This document shows, piece after piece, positions 29,414 through 39,250 of a stretch of DNA of 64,000 nucleotides. The first letter of the stretch is position 1. Each line of letters starts with the position of its first letter. The notes under the pieces were generated by a model that was given only the letters and a program-made list of their open reading frames with translations, was not told the DNA's origin and did no database searches. The stretch is from Candidatus Scatovivens sp. (GTDB taxonomy: Bacteria; Bacillota; Clostridia; TANB77; CAG-508), in assembly GCA_045646345.1 (NCBI GenBank), contig JAZRKN010000003.1, forward strand, positions 2,898 to 66,897, read 5' to 3'. A program made the translations under genes and the position numbers.

Positions 29414-31504
29414 CTATTTTGTATATTCGTTATCTTTTGATATATGAGATGTTGTTGTTTGGCTTGGTTGTTGTGCTTCATATTTTCCAGATACATTTAC
29501 GTGAATTCTATCATTAAAATTTGTAGAAATTGTTTTTGGAACACTTGTTTCTCCTATAGGTTTAGATTCTTTATTTGTTTTATTGTTAAAAAATGAATCT
29601 TTAAATTTTGAAAACTTTTCTATTATATTCTTAAAGAATCCCTTAATTGGGTTTGTTTTAACAGGCAGTAATTCTGTTTGTTTTGTATTGCTTTCCTCTA
29701 AGACTTGTGGAGCTTCAGATTCAGTCAATTCGACATTGTCTGTATCAGCTATTGTTAACGCTTCAGGATTAACGGTGTGTTTTTTTATATTATCAAATGA
29801 TATTTGTTCTTTAGGTCTTTCGTTTTGAGGAACTAATTCTCTTGCTTGAGCTGGAACTATTTTATTATTATCTAGCATATAAAATTGTACTTGACCTTGT
29901 TCGTCTGTTGTAATTATAACGTCATCTATAATATCTATTTGGGTGTTTGGAGATTTTCTTTTTATTTCTTCTTTTAAACTAATAAAATTTTTTACTATTT
30001 CTTGAACTTCTTGTAAGTTACCTAATGTTATATCAAATATTCTATCATTTTCTGGAATATCATCATTAGCCTTCATAGTTTTTTTGCTACCATATGGTCT
30101 TACAAATGTACTCTCTCCTTTGGAATCTAAGAATAACATTTTGCTAGTGCCATTTTCAGAAGATAATTTTATTATTTTATAATCAAAAAGTTTGGGTAAT
30201 TGATTTTTATCTGTAAGATTGTGCAATAAAGTATGGTATGCACTTGGATTATCAGGCAACATTATATTAGATGTTGTTTCTATAAAACTAATTGAATCTC
30301 TATAATCTCCTTCTCTAAAAAACTTTTGATATGTTTCGATTTTCTCTGTTGTTAAAGTACCATTAAGAAGAGATTTTTTTATATCTTCAATCGCTGCATT
30401 GCAAACATTCGATCTTAATTGATCATATCTTGAATTAAAATTTTGTATTATTTCATTTGTATAATCAGCATGTTCTCCAAGCAAGATTGAAATTTTATAA
30501 AATTTTTTGTACTTTTCTATGTCACAACCATCATTTTTTAATACTTTATTTAATTCTTTAGAAAAATATGTAGAAATCATTGTTGTATGAATTTCTCCAG
30601 TTAATTCATGTATTCTATCATTATTCTTCTTAATCATTTTTTCAAAAAATTCTTTTTTGGTTTCGTCAGATTTTGGATCTAAGCCTTGTTCGTTTGCAAA
30701 ATCTAAATACTGAGTATTTTTTCCAATTTTTTTATATAAATTATTACTTCCAAGTTTTTGTATACTATCTTTTATATATGTTGGAATTTCCTCTGTAGAT
30801 TTATCTTTATATTCTAATTTATCCTTAAGTGATACTAGTACTTCTGAATAATCACGTGATATTTCTTCTAAATTATATATTGTATCTGTTTTTGCTAAAA
30901 GCAAACAACACTCTACTCTTGGTAATTGAAGAAGTTTTGTTAAATTATCTTCAATATTTCCTTTTCCAAAATGAATTACTTTATCTTCTCCAATTGCTTG
31001 TTCTAATAATTTTACAATTCTTGTTAGTCTTTCATAAGACTTTGGTTTTAAACCAGCTTTTTCACAAAGCCAATTAGTAAAGCCTTCATTTAGACCTCTA
31101 CCAATTTCACCACTTGCACCATTAAAAATAAAATGTAAACCACTTCCCATTTTTATTCCTAAAACAGCACATTCTTCTGGAGTCTTATTAAATATGGCAT
31201 GGATGCCTTCGTGTAATACTGTTGCTTGTAAATCAACATCTTCTTCAATATCTTCTGCTGACAACATATGGCCATCTGTTCCTTTTGCATATAATGTCAT
31301 TACTCCAGAATCACCTAAAGAATATTCTCCAGCATATCTCGGATTAGTTTCCTCTGTATAAAGTCTTTTAAAGTTTTCATATAATCGCTGTTTTATAAAA
31401 CCGGTTCCATAAGTTTTTACAAAAACATCACAATTTTCAAGTTTTTCAATTAAAAATTGTTCTATATATGGTATTAGCTTTGGATTTTCTCTTTTTCTTT
31501 CCAT
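29414..31504 (-). CDS. Hypothetical protein with an N-terminal HExxH zincin-like motif and a disordered C-terminal half
   Basis: VLHEGIHAIF (HExxH) with a downstream NEGF Glu. The C-terminal about 300 aa is low-complexity. Confidence 0.4.
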   Translation of the reverse strand: MERKRENPKLIPYIEQFLIEKLENCDVFVKTYGTGFIKQRLYENFKRLYTEETNPRYAGEYSLGDSGVMTLYAKGTDGHMLSAEDIEEDVDLQATVLHEGIHAIFNKTPEECAVLGIKMGSGLHFIFNGASGEIGRGLNEGFTNWLCEKAGLKPKSYERLTRIVKLLEQAIGEDKVIHFGKGNIEDNLTKLLQLPRVECCLLLAKTDTIYNLEEISRDYSEVLVSLKDKLEYKDKSTEEIPTYIKDSIQKLGSNNLYKKIGKNTQYLDFANEQGLDPKSDETKKEFFEKMIKKNNDRIHELTGEIHTTMISTYFSKELNKVLKNDGCDIEKYKKFYKISILLGEHADYTNEIIQNFNSRYDQLRSNVCNAAIEDIKKSLLNGTLTTEKIETYQKFFREGDYRDSISFIETTSNIMLPDNPSAYHTLLHNLTDKNQLPKLFDYKIIKLSSENGTSKMLFLDSKGESTFVRPYGSKKTMKANDDIPENDRIFDITLGNLQEVQEIVKNFISLKEEIKRKSPNTQIDIIDDVIITTDEQGQVQFYMLDNNKIVPAQARELVPQNERPKEQISFDNIKKHTVNPEALTIADTDNVELTESEAPQVLEESNTKQTELLPVKTNPIKGFFKNIIEKFSKFKDSFFNNKTNKESKPIGETSVPKTISTNFNDRIHVNVSGKYEAQQPSQTTTSHISKDNEYTK

Positions 31505-31532
31505 TTAATTTCTCCATTGATCTATATAAATA

Positions 31533-31772
31533 TTAATAAACTATATTTCCATAATCTTTACTAAAGAATTGACTTATTTCATCTTGTTCATCATCTTCTA
31601 ATTCTTTTATATTACCATTCGTTACATCATAATATTTGTTTGCTATTTTAAATTCGCTTTCATCTAACAAAATTATTGCTTTAGCATAATATTTAGAACC
31701 AATTTCAAAAATGTCTATTAATCTTGCGTTTTTCTCAATTAATAATTTTTCTGCTATTACTTCTTTATTCAT
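31533..31772 (-). CDS. Hypothetical small protein
   Basis: 79-aa ORF directly upstream of, and co-oriented with, the HExxH protein. Confidence 0.35.
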   Translation of the reverse strand: MNKEVIAEKLLIEKNARLIDIFEIGSKYYAKAIILLDESEFKIANKYYDVTNGNIKELEDDEQDEISQFFSKDYGNIVY

Positions 31773-31862
31773 TAAAATTCACCTCATTTGTAAAACAAAA
31801 TGTTGTTTTTTGCTAATTATATATGTAATTTTATCATATGTATCTTTTTTTTCAATTAAATT

Positions 31863-32528
31863 TTAAAAATTTCCTGGATTAAAATATGGATTATACGTAT
31901 TTGGCATTCCTTGTGATTGCAAACTCACCATTTTTAAATGATTTTTAAGAAATATTTCTTTTATTATAAGAATTTTAATAAGATCTTTAAGTAAAGAATC
32001 GCATCTAGGATTCCTATTATTAGTGTTTGATTGTCTGTTTGTATCACTTGTTCTAGAGTTAGAATTTATACCAGAACCTGTGTTCGCTGTTTGATTTTGA
32101 TTGATTTGATTTTCATTTATAGTAGCTCTTGAAGATTGATTTTCTTCTTCTAAGTTAATTTGACCTTCTACAATATTAAATACAGTATCCACCATATTGT
32201 TCAAACCTTCTTCATTAATCATTTGATTATTTCCATTAGAAACAACTTTTGATACTACAGGATTAATTATTCTATATATGCTAGGATATAAATTATTTAA
32301 ATTTTGTATTGGCATTCCGTTATTTATCATTTGACCTGGCATAAACATATTGGGATTTCCAAAATTTACTCCTCCCGGATTTGTTTGATACATATTGCCT
32401 ACCCCTGCAAAGTTTGGCATCATCTGATTGTTCATTACACTATTTCCTGGATTATTTATATATTGACCATTGGGAATCTGATTGTAAAAATATAAATCTT
32501 CCATATAACTGTTATTTGGATAAAACAT
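31863..32528 (-). CDS. N/Q/M/G/P-rich low-complexity protein, possibly spore-coat or prion-like
   Basis: 221 aa with a strongly biased composition (NNQMMPNFAGVGNMYQTNPGG…). Confidence 0.35.
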   Translation of the reverse strand: MFYPNNSYMEDLYFYNQIPNGQYINNPGNSVMNNQMMPNFAGVGNMYQTNPGGVNFGNPNMFMPGQMINNGMPIQNLNNLYPSIYRIINPVVSKVVSNGNNQMINEEGLNNMVDTVFNIVEGQINLEEENQSSRATINENQINQNQTANTGSGINSNSRTSDTNRQSNTNNRNPRCDSLLKDLIKILIIKEIFLKNHLKMVSLQSQGMPNTYNPYFNPGNF

Positions 32529-32642
32529 AAAAAACCTCCTTTTTAAAAAAGTATATGTATTTATGTTAGATATATTCCGTCATTTTAAATATTTAAAAGA
32601 AAAAATAAAGACCGAATAAATTTCGGTCTTTACTAATATTTT

Positions 32643-34064
32643 TTATTTTACTATTTCTTTTACATATTTTTTAAATAGTTCTCCTCTTTCAGCGAAGTTT
32701 TTGAACATATCAAAACTTGCGCTTGCTGGAGAGAATAATACGATATCTCCTTTTATTGCAATTTCATTTGCCTTTTCTACTGTTTTAATTAATGATTCGC
32801 ATCTATATATTGGAAAATCATCTCTTCTTGATTTCTTTAACTCTGATTTAACTGCTTTTTCGATTTTATCTGCTGTTTGTCCAAGCAATATCAAAGCTTT
32901 GCAGTTATCTAAAATTGGTTTTGCAATAACATTATAATCTAGATTTTTATCATATCCACCAGCAATTAAAATTAAATTCTTAAATGAAAAAGCCTTTAAA
33001 CCTGCAATGGTTCTAGTAGGACTTGAACTTACAGAATCATTATACCATTTGATTCTTGTCTTTGTTTCTTTTACAAGTTCTAATCTATGTTCAACTCCTT
33101 TGAATTCTGTTAAAACTTTATCTACTGATTCTTTTTGAACTAATTCTTTTGTTGCAATTATAGCACATGATGCATTTTCGAAATTATGAACTCCACGTAA
33201 TTTCATATATTTTGTATCAAAAACATGCTTTCTTAATCCATTTTCAGATACTTTTATTTTTCCATCATCTGTATCTACTAAATAACCATTTACATTTTTG
33301 TCTTTACTACTAAAGAATATTACTTTCCCTGGAGCTTCTTTTGCACACTCTCTTGTTATCTCATTATCATAATTTAATATTAATAATCCATTTTCATCTT
33401 GGTGTTTAAAAATATTTTTCTTTGCTTCTACATATTCTTCCATATCTGCATGAACATTTAAATGATTTGGAGTTATGTTTGTTATAATAGAAATTTGAGG
33501 ACTTATTTTCATATTCATTAATTGAAAGCTACTTAGCTCTAAAACAACAATGTCTTCAGGTTGCATTTCTGCAATTCTTGTAAAAAGTGGTGTTCCTATA
33601 TTTCCACCTAAGAAACATGTTTTTCCATCTTGTTTTAAAATTTCATGAACTAATGTTGTTGTAGTTGTTTTTCCGTCACTTCCTGTAATTCCTATTACTA
33701 AGCCAGGACAAAGTTCTATAACCATTTCTATTTCAGTAGTTACTATTGCGCCTCTTTCAGCTTCTTTTAAAAGTTCTGGTACAGTTGGAAGACAACTTGG
33801 AGAACGGAAAATAATATCAAATCCTACTAATTTATCTAAGTATCCTTTTCCAAAAGAAAAACTCATTCCATAGTCTACAAGTTTGTCTAATAAGTTTTTA
33901 TCTATATCATCTATTTCTTTTCCATCAAATACAGTAACATCTGATTTTAAATCATGAAGATAATCTATTAAAGGAATGTTGCTAACACCTAATCCTATTA
34001 CAGCAACTTTTCTCCCTTTTAAATAATTATTAAATTCTACTAATTTCTCATTAATATAATCCAT
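32643..34064 (-). CDS. murD: UDP-N-acetylmuramoylalanine--D-glutamate ligase
   Basis: N-terminal Rossmann motif VAVIGLGVSN and Mur-ligase P-loop GITGSDGKTTTT. Confidence 0.75.
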   Translation of the reverse strand: MDYINEKLVEFNNYLKGRKVAVIGLGVSNIPLIDYLHDLKSDVTVFDGKEIDDIDKNLLDKLVDYGMSFSFGKGYLDKLVGFDIIFRSPSCLPTVPELLKEAERGAIVTTEIEMVIELCPGLVIGITGSDGKTTTTTLVHEILKQDGKTCFLGGNIGTPLFTRIAEMQPEDIVVLELSSFQLMNMKISPQISIITNITPNHLNVHADMEEYVEAKKNIFKHQDENGLLILNYDNEITRECAKEAPGKVIFFSSKDKNVNGYLVDTDDGKIKVSENGLRKHVFDTKYMKLRGVHNFENASCAIIATKELVQKESVDKVLTEFKGVEHRLELVKETKTRIKWYNDSVSSSPTRTIAGLKAFSFKNLILIAGGYDKNLDYNVIAKPILDNCKALILLGQTADKIEKAVKSELKKSRRDDFPIYRCESLIKTVEKANEIAIKGDIVLFSPASASFDMFKNFAERGELFKKYVKEIVK

Positions 34065-34091
34065 TCTTCCTCCTAAAATATTTATTTTATA

Positions 34092-34784
34092 TTAAACTTT
34101 CAATGGTAATTTTATTTTTGTCATTACAAGAAGTGTTGATTCCTCCACTGATTTACAATCTGTAACATCTATTTCCTCTGTAATTGGACTAAACTCATAA
34201 AAGCCAGCAGCTTTTTGAAGCTCATCTCGTTTGGTTATATTTTCTCTTATTTCCTCTTCAGTTTCTTTGTTATTGTATTGACTACATTTTCTCTTTACTC
34301 TTTCATCTAGACTTGCTGTAATAAAGAAATGGTAATCACAATCTGGATATATTTTCATTACACCTCTTCCAGATACAATAACATTATAATTTTCTTTTAA
34401 ATCATTTATTAGTTTTTTGGCAAATATGAATAAATTTTTATTATCCGCACCTCCAGCAACTGAAGAAACAGCCATTGATGCTTCTTTTGATTGAATTGCT
34501 TCTTCATCTATTTTTTCGCCATCCATATATAATATTGTCTCATTGTTTTCTATCATTATTTGAATTTTAAACAAATCCATCATTTCTTTTATATCCAAGT
34601 TTTTGCCTTGTTTTTTTAATTCTTCAAGTTTTGAACCATTTTTCATCATAGCATATACAACTGCTCTATAAATATTTCCGCCATTTACAAGTACTGTATT
34701 TGATATTTTTTCAATTAGTTTTCTACATATGCTAGTTTTTCCGGCGCCAACTAATCCTTCGATTCCAATTACTAAATTTGCCAT
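34092..34784 (-). CDS. cmk: Cytidylate kinase-like P-loop kinase
   Basis: Start MANLVIGIEGLVGAGKTS with SD aagggga. Motifs GGNIYRA and VVSGRG…ITASLDERVKRK. Confidence 0.6.
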   Translation of the reverse strand: MANLVIGIEGLVGAGKTSICRKLIEKISNTVLVNGGNIYRAVVYAMMKNGSKLEELKKQGKNLDIKEMMDLFKIQIMIENNETILYMDGEKIDEEAIQSKEASMAVSSVAGGADNKNLFIFAKKLINDLKENYNVIVSGRGVMKIYPDCDYHFFITASLDERVKRKCSQYNNKETEEEIRENITKRDELQKAAGFYEFSPITEEIDVTDCKSVEESTLLVMTKIKLPLKV

Positions 34785-34914
34785 TATTTTCCCCTTACAT
34801 TTCATTTGTTATTATTACGGTATGTATTATATCAAAAACTTGCTATTTCTTCAATAAGTTGAATAATTAAATTTTTTCTGTGAATACTAGTTATAGTCAA
34901 AGGAGGTGCATACT

Positions 34915-35004
34915 CATGTCAAATAAAAATAATAATAAAAACAAATCAAATAATAACAATAATAATCAAAATCCAAACAATAATAACAACAATAATAATA
35001 AATA
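34915..35004 (+). CDS. Unannotated 29-aa Asn-rich small ORF
   Basis: SD aaggaggtg sits 7 nt before the ATG. Hand-translated product: MSNKNNNKNKSNNNNNNQNPNNNNNNNNK. It has its own terminator at 35130-35166. Confidence 0.4.
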
Positions 35005-35129
35005 AGTAAATGCTAATTTATTTTAAAGAGTTGCTTTTAAAGCGTCTAATTATATAATAACAAAGATACTTAAGAATATTTTATTTAGGTATTTTTATAA
35101 ATATAGTTTTATTAGCTACTTTTTAAGAG

Positions 35130-35166
35130 AACTCCTTTTCAAAAATATGAAGAGGAGTTTTTATTA
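35130..35166 (+). terminator. Rho-independent terminator
   Basis: Stem aactcct/aggagtt followed by a T7 run. Confidence 0.55.
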
Positions 35167-35246
35167 TATTTGTCTTTTATATTGAATTAAAACATATTAT
35201 TGATATATAATAATTCCAATAATTATTGTTTTACAAGGAGATAAAA

Positions 35247-37193
35247 ATGAACAAATTAATTAAAGTGAAAGAAATTGTCGATAAGATACTTGATTTTATT
35301 TACAAGTATCGTTTTATTATTGCAATAATACTTATAGCTGTTGGAGTTTTATTTAACTTGCATGGTTCTTCTATAAGTCTTTGGAATGCAATCTACAACA
35401 CTGGTATTACTGATAGTTCGATTCTTTTTGGTAGTTGGAGACCAATTAGAAGCGACGAATGGGCTGTTACTACTCCACTTATTTTTTCACAATTTCATAA
35501 TGGATTTAAAGTTTGTACAGATATAATAAGAGCTATTCCAAATACAGAAGTATTTTCTCTTTATGGATTGCCAGTTTTAAATATTTTAGAAATATTCAGA
35601 CCTTTTCATTTGGGATATATTTTGTTAGGTCTTGAGAAAGGATTATCTTTCTTTTGGGTAGCACGATTTATTTGTTTATTCTTAGTTACTTTTGAATTCA
35701 CAATGATAATCACTGATAAAAACAAAAGACTTTCTGTTATTAGTGCATTTATGGTTTCTTTATCACCAAATGTACAATGGTGGTTTGCTACAAATGGCGT
35801 TGTTGAATTATTTGTTTTTGGACAACTTGCTTTAATTTTGTTATACAATTACATGAATACAGAAAACTTTAAATCTAGACTTGCAATGTTATTCTTTATG
35901 ATGATTTGTGCAGGCGGCTACATATTTATTTTATACCCTGCATATCAAATTCCAATGTTCTATGTATTCTTAGCTTTAGCTATTTATATAATTATAGATA
36001 ATAGAAAAAATTGTAAAATTACTAAAAAAGATATTATATCCATAATAGTTATGTTATTAGTCTTTATAAGTTTAATGACTTATGCTTTCTTTATTGCTAA
36101 AGATACAATTATAACAACACTAAACACTGTTTACCCTGGTTCTAGAACAGAAAATGGTGGCGGTGCATTTAGAAAATTTATAAGTTATCCTGGTAATATC
36201 TTTTTACCATATAAAGAATTAGGACTTCAAAGGCCTACTGTTGAAGAGGCTGCTGTATTTGGACTTTTCCCAATGGGACTTATATTATCAATAATTCATA
36301 TTGTTAAAACAAAGAAAAAAGATTGGTTTGCTATATTGCTATACATCCCATATGTAATACTTTTAACATTTGGCTTTATAGGATTCCCAGATTTTTTAGC
36401 AAAACTAACACTTTTGAGTAATTCAATACCTGAAAGAGTTCTTTTAGCAACAGGATTTATAGATATATTATTATTAGTTAGATACCTTTCAATAAATAAA
36501 GATACTATTAAACTTTGGAAAGCTATCGTCAGTACTTTAGTGATAAGTGCACTTTTAATTTTAGCTTGTCACCTTTATAATCAAGCTTACATAGGAATTT
36601 ATTCATGTATGTTATTATTTGCAATGTGTTGTTGGTTATTCTTCTTTGCATTTGAATATAATACTAAATTCGGAAAATATTTATTTACATTAGGAATGAT
36701 TGGTACAATGATTATTGCTGGTTTCACTGTTAACCCTATTGTTTCTGGAACAGATATGATTACTGATAGTAAAATATTAAAAGCTGTTGAAAAATATAAT
36801 TCTGAAGATGAAGGTTTATGGCTTGCAGAAGCAATTGGTTTCCCTGGTCCAAACTATTTAGTAATAGCAGGAGCTCCTACAGTAAATAGTACTCATGCAT
36901 ACCCTGATTTAGAATTTTGCAGGAAATTAGATCCGGAAGGAAAATACGAAGATGTATATAATAGATATGCTCATATTTATATCGAAGTTGTTGAAGAGCC
37001 AGCACCACAAAAATTTGTTCTAGTCTCACCTGATACCTATAGAATTTATATTACTGCTGAAGAATTAGAATTATTAAATATAAAATACATATTTACAGTT
37101 AGAATAATGGAAAACTTTGAAAATGAAAATGTATCATTTGATCTTTTATATGATGTAGATACTTATCGTATATATAAAACAATTTATAATTAA
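35247..37193 (+). CDS. Polytopic membrane protein, GT-C-like (paralog 1)
   Basis: At least 12 TM helices. First-loop motif RSDEW. SD aaggaga. Confidence 0.45.
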   Translation: MNKLIKVKEIVDKILDFIYKYRFIIAIILIAVGVLFNLHGSSISLWNAIYNTGITDSSILFGSWRPIRSDEWAVTTPLIFSQFHNGFKVCTDIIRAIPNTEVFSLYGLPVLNILEIFRPFHLGYILLGLEKGLSFFWVARFICLFLVTFEFTMIITDKNKRLSVISAFMVSLSPNVQWWFATNGVVELFVFGQLALILLYNYMNTENFKSRLAMLFFMMICAGGYIFILYPAYQIPMFYVFLALAIYIIIDNRKNCKITKKDIISIIVMLLVFISLMTYAFFIAKDTIITTLNTVYPGSRTENGGGAFRKFISYPGNIFLPYKELGLQRPTVEEAAVFGLFPMGLILSIIHIVKTKKKDWFAILLYIPYVILLTFGFIGFPDFLAKLTLLSNSIPERVLLATGFIDILLLVRYLSINKDTIKLWKAIVSTLVISALLILACHLYNQAYIGIYSCMLLFAMCCWLFFFAFEYNTKFGKYLFTLGMIGTMIIAGFTVNPIVSGTDMITDSKILKAVEKYNSEDEGLWLAEAIGFPGPNYLVIAGAPTVNSTHAYPDLEFCRKLDPEGKYEDVYNRYAHIYIEVVEEPAPQKFVLVSPDTYRIYITAEELELLNIKYIFTVRIMENFENENVSFDLLYDVDTYRIYKTIYN

Positions 37194-37202
37194 AACCATA
37201 TT

Positions 37203-37239
37203 AAAAACCATCCCCTATTTAATTCGAGGATGGTTTTTT
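37203..37239. terminator. Bidirectional terminator between convergent genes
   Basis: 11-bp stem aaaaaccatcc/ggatggttttt. Confidence 0.7.
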
Positions 37240-37302
37240 AGTTATTATTTTTATATCACTTATTAATTTAATAAAATGTTTTTAAATTTAATTCTTTTAC
37301 GT

Positions 37303-38733
37303 TTAATACATTTTTTGTTTACTATAAATATATATCAAGCAATTAATAAATTGAATTGCAGCTGAAAATTTTATTATAGTCTCTGTCACTTTAAATACTT
37401 TTGATTCTCTTTCTGATTTAGTCTCTGTATCTAGCTTATTCCAAATAATATAACTTATTGCTATCATAGCAAAATCTAAGAATATCATTGTTCTTGTTTT
37501 TGATACAAATACTGTTGGTGAAAAAGCAACTATTATTCTAGAAGCAAGTCCTGCTAAATAAATTAAAAACGCAACATTATTTTTTAAGTTTTTAAATAGT
37601 AATAATAATGACATTCCAATACAAATGAAATTACCAAAAGCAAAAACAATTGGAAATGCATAATATATATTATTACAATTTGCTGCTGTTAACAAAATAT
37701 CATGATGTACAACTAAATCTTTAAACACTTTTAAATATGGAAACATTCCATTGAAGATTGGTAATAGTGTTCCTAACATTAGAACTGATAAGACTGGTAT
37801 GCTTGCAATTACTCTATATAATTTTTCGTTATAATTAAAATATATGTACATAGCAAGTAATGAAGTCATTAATAAATATGTTGTATTTTGACTTGAAATT
37901 ATATTGCCAAATGTTGATGTAAATCCTAAGACAAATTTCTCTAAAACAGTTAGCATCTCATATCCTTTAAATCTATATAACTCATCGGCTTGTCTTACAC
38001 TATTTCCAGGACAAGTTAAAATAAATGTAATTGATAAAATAGCAATTAATGTTTGGATAAACATATAAAATTTAGCTTTTTTATCTTTATTTACAATCAT
38101 TAAAATAGTAAATACTAAATAAAATCCAAGTAATAATGATCCTACTTGTTCTTGGTTTGCTGCAAAAATTAAACTTATTGTATAAAGTGGATATTGCCAC
38201 CATTTAATTTTCTCACCATCCCAAATCTTTCTAATTGGAATTAAAGCAAATAATCCTGCTCCCAAAGGCCATAAATAATTTATACTTGTTGATGCCCATC
38301 CTGTTTGATGCATTGTATAATATGGATATATTAAAATCATACACATCAGCATAAATGTACTTTTATTCTTGTTTTCTTTTATAAAAAGTTTAGACAAAGA
38401 ATAACATGCAATAACAGCCATTAATGATTGTATTAAAATCCATAAATATTTTGATGTTTTTAATACTGAACAAAGTACAAATTCAATTATCACTCTTGAA
38501 GACCAATTATGATATCTTCCTTCTATAAATTCTGGTATTGTACGTTCTATTATTTCTCCAGTTTCTACATTTAATTCGTCTGTTATTTGTTTTATAAACC
38601 ATTCATCATCATAAGTGTTTGGAGTGATAAATATTGTTAATGCAATTTGCAATACAAATAATAATATTAATGCTCCCCTACCATTTTCAAAGAATTTTTC
38701 TATAATTCCTTTAAATTTTTCCTTCATTTTCAA
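37303..38733 (-). CDS. Polytopic membrane protein, GT-C-like (paralog 2)
   Basis: First-loop motif NTYDDEWF, as in GT-C/ArnT/PMT-type enzymes, then multiple TM helices. Confidence 0.45.
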   Translation of the reverse strand: MKMKEKFKGIIEKFFENGRGALILLFVLQIALTIFITPNTYDDEWFIKQITDELNVETGEIIERTIPEFIEGRYHNWSSRVIIEFVLCSVLKTSKYLWILIQSLMAVIACYSLSKLFIKENKNKSTFMLMCMILIYPYYTMHQTGWASTSINYLWPLGAGLFALIPIRKIWDGEKIKWWQYPLYTISLIFAANQEQVGSLLLGFYLVFTILMIVNKDKKAKFYMFIQTLIAILSITFILTCPGNSVRQADELYRFKGYEMLTVLEKFVLGFTSTFGNIISSQNTTYLLMTSLLAMYIYFNYNEKLYRVIASIPVLSVLMLGTLLPIFNGMFPYLKVFKDLVVHHDILLTAANCNNIYYAFPIVFAFGNFICIGMSLLLLFKNLKNNVAFLIYLAGLASRIIVAFSPTVFVSKTRTMIFLDFAMIAISYIIWNKLDTETKSERESKVFKVTETIIKFSAAIQFINCLIYIYSKQKMY

Positions 38734-38747
38734 AATCCCCTATTTTT

Positions 38748-39233
38748 TTAAATATCTACTCTTATTCCAGTGTCTTTTAAGAAATCATTATGATCATTTC
38801 TATATAAAACACAAATTTCATAATTTCCATTTTCAATTCCTAAAGTCATGAATCTTGTATGCATCCCAGCGTATGGATAAACTTCTGGTACATTTATATT
38901 TTTCTCATGTCTTGTTTTTAATAAGTACATTTTTCCTGAAGAGGCATTTCTTAAAACATAACTACAATTAACTGTATCTACACTCTCATCTTCTCTATAT
39001 GCATATCCTACTATTTCGACTTTTTTACCTTGTGGTGCTAAAATGTCGATATGTACAATTAAATCTTTTTCTTCTTCAAATTTAACTACTTTGGTAGTTT
39101 CATCTAAATTAAATTCTTTTGGAATTAATAGTTGTGCAAAATTCCAAACAAGAATTAAAGCAACTACAAAAATACAAAAAGCAAGTATTTTAATATAGTT
39201 TTTTTGATTGATTTCTAAATCTAAAAAATTCAT
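38748..39233 (-). CDS. Membrane-anchored hypothetical protein
   Basis: 161 aa with an N-terminal TM helix and an extracytoplasmic beta-rich domain. Confidence 0.4.
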   Translation of the reverse strand: MNFLDLEINQKNYIKILAFCIFVVALILVWNFAQLLIPKEFNLDETTKVVKFEEEKDLIVHIDILAPQGKKVEIVGYAYREDESVDTVNCSYVLRNASSGKMYLLKTRHEKNINVPEVYPYAGMHTRFMTLGIENGNYEICVLYRNDHNDFLKDTGIRVDI

Positions 39234-39250
39234 AATATCTTATTCCTTTT

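Noticed and set aside
31796-31825. AT hairpin plus T run between the N/Q-rich gene and the 79-aa gene
   Set aside because: It is oriented for the plus strand, where no gene exists. It is weak and AT-only, and likely incidental.
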